Source of the DNA: Ascidiella aspersa
Lineage: Eukaryota
Direction: 5' to 3'
Assembly (NCBI GenBank): GCA_963924565.1
Contig: OZ004613.1
Location: 22,196,001 to 22,260,000 of the forward strand
Length of the DNA stretch: 64,000 nt
Shown here: positions 57,601 through 64,000 of the stretch, piece after piece
Layout: each line of letters begins with the position of its first letter
Numbering within the stretch: position 1 is the first letter of the stretch
Made by a program: the position numbers and the translations under genes
Notes under the pieces: model-generated
Database searches by the model: none
What the model was told of the DNA's origin: nothing
What the model saw: only the letters and a program-made list of their open reading frames with translations

Positions 57601-60332
57601 CCAACCTTAACAATTTACAGTTTGCTGCCTTTCGCCGTTTCGAAATTTGGTACTGCGCATGCGCACACGTCGGACTCGGTAGTTTATCTAGTCCTGGACT
57701 TACCCGAGGCCGAGGCCTCCGCAGCGCTGCTGTGATGTGACATCTAATTTACGCATCTTAGGAGACTCCATTAAACCTCATTTCAAGTTAAATTCTAAAA
57801 AAGATAGCCTAACCGTACTGAAAAAAAAACAAACTGTCACGAACACAATACTGCGTGCCCGCTATTTTGGAATATACTTCAACGCTTTTCAGCCGATACC
57901 TAGAAATGTTGACTATCAGTTCCGGTTTTCGCTAGGCTTCTCAGTCGCACAAAAACAGACGTGCTTACTTTTACCGCCCTGTTTTAACGCTGTAAACACC
58001 ACACCAATTTTAGGGCTTTGGTACGTAATACGAACGGTTAGTCATTAACTACAAGTTTAACGCCCCCCAAAAAATAATGTTAAATACACCAGTTAAGACA
58101 CTAAATTGTGACACGAACACTGTCGATCCAACTGGAAATGTGTGCAAACCATTTAGTTAGCCCTATAGTGTTAGTGATGTAATAATATTGTTAATGATGT
58201 GTGTGGACTAGTGGTGTAATGGTTGCACTTTCTTAAGGTGACGTAAAGTGCGCGATAAATTATTTGGCGTGCCCTGAAAAATCATCTCAGAGTTGCCGGC
58301 CCCTGCTCTAGAGACTATAGATTAGCGTTTCTTTGTCTTTTGTAGGTCACGTCGCACCCGGCGAGCGAAGCGAGCCCTAATATTTTTTGTTCAGACCGTC
58401 ATGTCTTTCGGAACACCTGTAAGTTTGTTGTTTATAGGCCTCGCACATTTTTGGGCAAACCGGCATTTCCTTCAGAATACTTGGAAGTTTGTATTTTATA
58501 GGCCTTTTTAGAATATTTCGTCGACTTACCACCGGCGTATAGCTAAGCACCAGTTAAGAAGCGCTATTCTATATAGGTGCTACGCAACCCTTTTACACTT
58601 GCTGCAGGCCAACACGGCTAAACAAAGTTGGCGGCACACTTACGAAAGTATGACGATCAAATATCCTAGCATGTCCATAAAAAGGAGCGATTTAGATTAA
58701 ACGCGCCAGAGGTACCGAAAACCGTTTTACATTTTTTATTCTCTGATTTTGCATTTTTTATCCTCTGATTTTCGGCACTTCCCCCTCCCCCCCTGCAATT
58801 TTAAAATGCGATTCTTAGTATTATTTGTAAGAAGTGTAATATGTATTACTAATGAAGGTTCAAAATATTATTCATTATCCATTGCTCCCAGTGGCTTATC
58901 AGGGGGGTTAGGGGGTTCTTACCTTCTTTTTGTAAGCAATATTATCGTTTTTGTTCGTTTTTGTCACAGTTTAACAAACTGTTCGAAGCGGCGTGCTTTT
59001 TAAGTAGTTGGGTCACGCGTCTTAATCTAATGCGAAACCAATATTGATCGCAAAACGCCGTTTTTGTCTTTTGTTTGGTCGACCGTAAACGCCGGATAGT
59101 TTTTCTTTTTCGTTATTCGTTTAGGTTGACTGATTAGCAAGTGTGTATTCGACAATTGACCACGCTAAGTCAAACCGTCTTTGTTTTTTTTCTCGCTAAA
59201 AACGTCAAGTTAGGCGCAGCTGTTGTTGCTCGCTGTTCGCTCTCTGCGCTAATATCTGATGTTGGTGTAACAACGGATTTTGTTTAACTAAACAGATTCT
59301 TAAAAAGAGGTATAATGGTGACGGTCGTGCGGTTTTAAAGTCTCCATTTTTATGCACAGATAGCGGTCTTTGTTTATGTTTTCGCATGAAGTTAACGATT
59401 GTACCCTAAGTTTTCGCAGCTGATTTTAATTTAAATGTATAGGGGTCAAAGGGATGAAAAATGTAAGAATCTCAGTCCTACTACATATAGCGCTAACGTG
59501 GACAGAGCAGTTGTGGTCTCCAGAGCCCAATCTCACGTAATACTACAAAAATTTCATTATATGCGCCTCTTTTAACCTTAATTTTTTTAAATGCGGTTCG
59601 CGTTGCCGAAAAGTTTTCCCATCTCTTGCATAGTGTGTAATTTGGCTATTCATGGCCGATCATTCCTAGCTAAACCGAGATGAAAATGTTTTCTTTTTCA
59701 CACAAAAAGTAAATACTTAACATCGTCACGCCAAAGCCGGAAGAATACTTCAACCTTTATTAGCCCTTAAACACAACAATTATTTACTGCACGAATTTAA
59801 AATTTTATTATTACAGATACAGTAATTGCCTAATAATTTAGAACGGCTTTAACAATAACAATAAAAAATCCTGTTGTAAACTTGTCATGATTTGACAGCA
59901 AGAAAATATTAAATGTTAACTAGCGTAGGTCAAGTTGTTTTGAAAACAATAGCACCTCAAGTCATTAGCATAGACGAGTTTTCTATTGAAAATAGTTTTT
60001 TTAATACAATAACTTAAAAATATAAACAAATCAAAGTCATTAATTTTAATTATGTAGGTCAATCCAATCGTTAGTAAACACACAAACTAAAAAAATGTGC
60101 ATTGGATTTATATTTTACAGAATGCTTCAACTCAATAACATCGCATTACCTTTTTTGCCCATTGCGAAAAAAGGTTCATAAAACGTATGAGCGAATACGT
60201 TTTTATGGTCTGGTTTCTACTGAAACTGAAAACTAAACAAAATTACCTAAAATGGCTGTTTACATTTTGCTTAGTCGTTCTAACTTTTAACCGCAAGATG
60301 GCAGTATAAATTTAACTATAAAGGTTTTAATC

Positions 60333-60622
60333 CAGGGGTGTCCAACTCGAACATGCCGACGTGCCAATTTTTATCTTATAACTTCTTCCTGTGCCAAAGT
60401 TTAGCAACTATTTTTTTTCTATTATTAAAAGCGCTTTTATACAAAAAATAAAAACGGTATAATGTTGTAATATCAGAAGTAATTGTTTGTAGTCCTAATT
60501 GCTGGGATTGTTTTGTATTGTGAATAAACAATGACAATTGGCTGTATAACAAATTTAGCTTTTTTGACAACTGGCAATATTTTTGGGAGGCTTGTGTGCC
60601 ATTTTTAATTAGGACACCCCTG
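60333..60622. mobile_element. hAT-type MITE
   Basis: TIR CAGGGGTGTCC / GGACACCCCTG; TSD TTTTAATC/TTTTAATT. Confidence 0.85.
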
Positions 60623-60717
60623 TTTTAATTATTTTAGGTGCTGGACTGCTGTTTTTTTGTCAATTTAGCAAGCATACTGCTGGTTGATACTCTTCTTGAT
60701 GAACAAGTCTTTTAACA

Positions 60718-62158
60718 CATGGGTTGGCAACCGCCGGTCCGCAAGAAGTTTGTTCCTGGACCGTAGCAGGGTTTTCAGATTAAAATTTTGATTCAAACCC
60801 AACTGTACGTAAAAAGTAAAAAAAAACAATTAAATATATTTTATATTGAAAACAAATTACCTTTCGTTTAAATATAGACCTACTCCATGATTGATTGTTA
60901 TGATAAAAAATAACAATTACTATCAAGCTTTCAAAACAACTAGTGAATTACATAGCACGTTCACAACATCCAAAAATGCATTTTTATTGCAAAATCTGCT
61001 TGGTTGAGAAATGGGCAAGCGTGCTTACCCTCAAGTACAATAGACTAAATTCATGCAAACAATGTTTATAAACATTTGTCCCATAATAAAATGTTTTATT
61101 ATTTTGATATTTAATTTTAATTGCTTGGCGGGCCGGATGCCACCCGCAGGTTTCATTAAATTCCCCGGATGGGAGCATCTCGTTGCGGAAAAACAAGCTT
61201 TAAGTTCGCATTGCAAAAAGTTGTGATAAATTTCCTTTACTGAACATTAGTTTTTTAAACCGGTCCGCATAGCAAAAAAGGTTGCCGACCAGTGACCCCT
61301 CTAAGAAAATTTTCTACTGCGCAAATATTGTTTGTAGTGCGCAAGAATATTTTAAGGCTGCGTTGGCAGAGCCCCGCGACAGAACAATGTTTTTTGTATT
61401 GGGGCGAGGTGTGAAAATTTTAAGAATGATGCCAAAAAGCGTGACGTCATGAAACAAATATTTTCAATTAACTTGTATGTGCTACTGCAATCGATTTAAA
61501 TATGTTTAAGAATATTACAACAAAGCGGTGCCGCGAAAAAATATCTGAATATTTGGGTTAAATTGACAAAATGTCTAATTTTAAAAATAGAAGGCGTGGT
61601 GCCTTTAGCGCACAATCAAGAATCGCGAACTATTCGCTCAGTTGCATTTATCAAGATGATTTTGTCAATTTGTGAGGGCCATTATTGACCCCACAGCTGT
61701 ATCTGCACAGAAATCGTGTAAAAACTGCAATTGTGTTAAAAATTTACGTCCTAAAAAATTTATTTCGTTTTCATGATCCCGAATTATTGTGAAACACTCC
61801 ACTCTTGTGTTCGACACTGTTTTAAACTCATTTTTTTCTTTAAGGTTGATTTTCCTGAGTAGACATTTAATTCTACTTGAGATAAAAGACATACACATAA
61901 TTAAATCGATGATTTAAACCGATTAGACAAAGTAATTTGCTACGTCACAATCGTCAATGCGGATTTGATTTGTTTACTTGTCTCAGCTGCAAACATCAAC
62001 GAAAAATGGCCAATGCGAAATGCTCAAACTGTTGTGGCAAAAAAGTAAAGATATTTTAGTTTTAATTTGAGAATGATGTATGTAAGTGCGCAAAAGCAAA
62101 TTTTGCTGCGCAATTGCGCAGTTGCGCACCTTAGAGGGAACACTGTTGCCGACCCCTG
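60718..62158. mobile_element. Outer hAT-type MITE, interrupted in its right TIR
   Basis: CATGGGTTGGCAACC ... GGTTGCCGAC[insert]CCCTG; perfect TSD TTTTAACA at 60710-60717 and 62159-62166. Confidence 0.88.
61290..62145. mobile_element. Inner hAT-type MITE (856 bp)
   Basis: TIR CAGTGACCCCTCTAAG / CTTAGAGGGAACACTG; perfect TSD TTGCCGAC at 61282-61289 and 62146-62153. Confidence 0.9.
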
Positions 62159-63771
62159 TTTTAACATATAAAACTAATAATAGCGGCTTAACTATGACGC
62201 ATTTTTGGTTGATTTTAGGCTTTTAACAGTCTAATAAACTAAACTAAATTGTAATCAATTTTAGGCAATTCATCATATACCCTACTAATTAGATTTTGGA
62301 CTGACAAATATATCTAGTGTCAAATATAGCCCAACAACTAGAAAAAAAAATGAGAAGGTTATTTATAGAAAAGTGATATTTTGGGTTGATAAATTACAGG
62401 TTGTGCACGGTTATTTTCTTTTTACTTAACTGATTAAACGAATTGATACACATAGTTACAACAAAGAACTCCTAAATACCACTGGGGGAGCTCCGCTTTT
62501 AAATATTTTATCTAGTTTTATTATTGTTAAGAGAAACAAACCTATTCCATTGCAACAAACCCATCCTTAAAAAAAAAAATTGCAACAAATTTGCATTTTA
62601 AAAAATTGCAAACAAATTTGCATTTTAAAAACCTGTGTATTTTACGCCGATATTAATTACTGTATTAAGTTGTGTTATTTCACTACACATTTAATGAGTA
62701 TTCCTAAACGTAAATTGTGCGTACACCTATTTATTTTTGTAAACTCTAATAACTAACTTAGTACTGTCTGCTTGCATTTATTTTTTCAATTGCATTTTAT
62801 TGCTTAATTAGCCACAATCTATACCAGTCGCCGGGACTCCGTTTGTTCATTGCAGCTAGAATTTATTGTTTACTGGGATACTTTAACGTTGGCGAAAAAT
62901 CTTACAGCGCTCATGCTAGTCGGAAGAAAATTTGCGTCACCGCGTGATATAGCAGCGTAACTTCAAACATGATTACGGCATCGCGAAAAACAGAGAAGAT
63001 AGCGCGAAAAAAACTCAAAGCGGTACAGACAAAAAAATAAACCGAAATTAATAGACGTAAATAACAGGAAACGATGTGGATTGTTAGAACTCGATACACA
63101 GTCAATAATGTCGTTTTCTATGGTCGGTGGAGCGAAACATTTACTGCGATTTGATTTTCAGGCCGGAACTTTATGGTAACGGTAGAGAGACCTACGGAAT
63201 GTTAGGCGTAAGAGAGTAAAAGGCGGAACGTACGTATTAAAAAAACGAACAAAAGCGTTTTGCAGCAGCAGCGGATAATTGCACCGAAAAACAACAACGA
63301 CGATAAAGACGAAACAAATGGGAATGGGTGGAATTTCATGGAAATATATAAAATAGAAAAACAAAGCTGACGATTTGCTTCAGTGAAGCGTTTAAATTAC
63401 AAACAAATCATTGTACAACCGCAAGCGTCCGCCCTGAATACAGACAAAAACTGCAAACTGTTCGGCGCTTTAAATGTAAAGAGGTAAGAAAAAAAAGAAA
63501 CAGAAAATACATCAACTTTGGGTCAGATAAAATTGATTAAAAGTTCGTTTAACGGGGCGTTCTTTCCGGGAATGATTCAAGGGTTGTTGTTTATATTCCT
63601 TAAATACTCCCAAAACAATTATGTGCATCAAGCGTGCAATACATATTGCTCCATCGATGTAATTCCCGCGTACCTTGAGGTCCTATTGAGTCGCACTCGC
63701 TGCTGCGCAGGAGCCCTCTTGCGGGAGCGCCTTTATTCTCGTACCACCGGCAGCTGGCGGCAAAGAGTCGT

Positions 63772-63999
63772 TCAAGAGACTTGTATGGTGCCGTGATGGG
63801 ACAGATGCAAGGACTGCATATGGGGTGAGCGCTGCGGGGGAGAAATCGACCCCCGTCGAATCACGTGGTCAGGTGACGCGCTGGAAGTGGATGACTCCTC
63901 ACGTGACGTCACCTCGGGGGAGTAGTTGCCCCCGTAAGCGCTGACGTAGAGCAGGGAGGGAGGAGAGGACTTGGACTGGCCGGGATAGCTGTGCGGGGT
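63772..63999 (-). CDS. Probable last coding exon of an unidentified gene continuing beyond the window (Ser/Pro/His-rich C-terminus)
   Basis: GC-rich frame open from the window edge: TPHSYPGQSKSSPPSLLYVSAYGGNYSPEVTSREESSTSSASPDHVIRRGSISPPQRSPHMQSLHLSHHGTIQVS*, followed on the minus strand by AT-rich UTR-like sequence with AATAAA near 62860. Confidence 0.65.
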   Translation of the reverse strand, partial: TPHSYPGQSKSSPPSLLYVSAYGGNYSPEVTSREESSTSSASPDHVIRRGSISPPQRSPHMQSLHLSHHGTIQVS

Positions 64000-64000
64000 G

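Noticed and set aside
63518-63796. Plus-strand 92-aa ORF
   Set aside because: No ATG start or recognisable domain; overlaps the stop and 3'UTR of the better-supported minus-strand exon

Overview
Animal genomic DNA, AT-rich with GT-AG introns. It is most likely a tunicate, inferred from actin residues F153, S303/F306 and P323 and from abundant TGACGTCA sites. (1) 2.9-19.6 kb: ten + strand coding exons of a headcase (HECA) orthologue, about 631 aa in the window, with the 5' exon(s) upstream of the window. Phases join into one open frame; the ORF track shows only fragments. (2) 30.4-48.5 kb: five co-oriented cytoplasmic-type actin genes with intronless CDSs. The first three are only 651 and 512 bp apart. 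Each has a splice acceptor 41-43 nt before its ATG, and I could see a CArG/TATA-like promoter only upstream of the first. This suggests an SL-trans-spliced actin operon or whole-ORF alternative exons fed by one promoter, and is the best candidate for an undescribed system here. (3) The last coding exon of an unidentified Ser/Pro-rich minus-strand gene at the right edge. (4) Many non-autonomous DNA transposons (hAT-type MITEs with 8-bp TSDs, including one inserted into another's TIR, and a mariner derivative keeping a catalytic motif). (5) A 1-kb tandem duplication, a tRNA-derived SINE head, a foldback element, and a 78-bp-arm palindrome with a degenerate hammerhead core of Penelope type. All coordinates and counts were read by eye, with no alignments or database searches.
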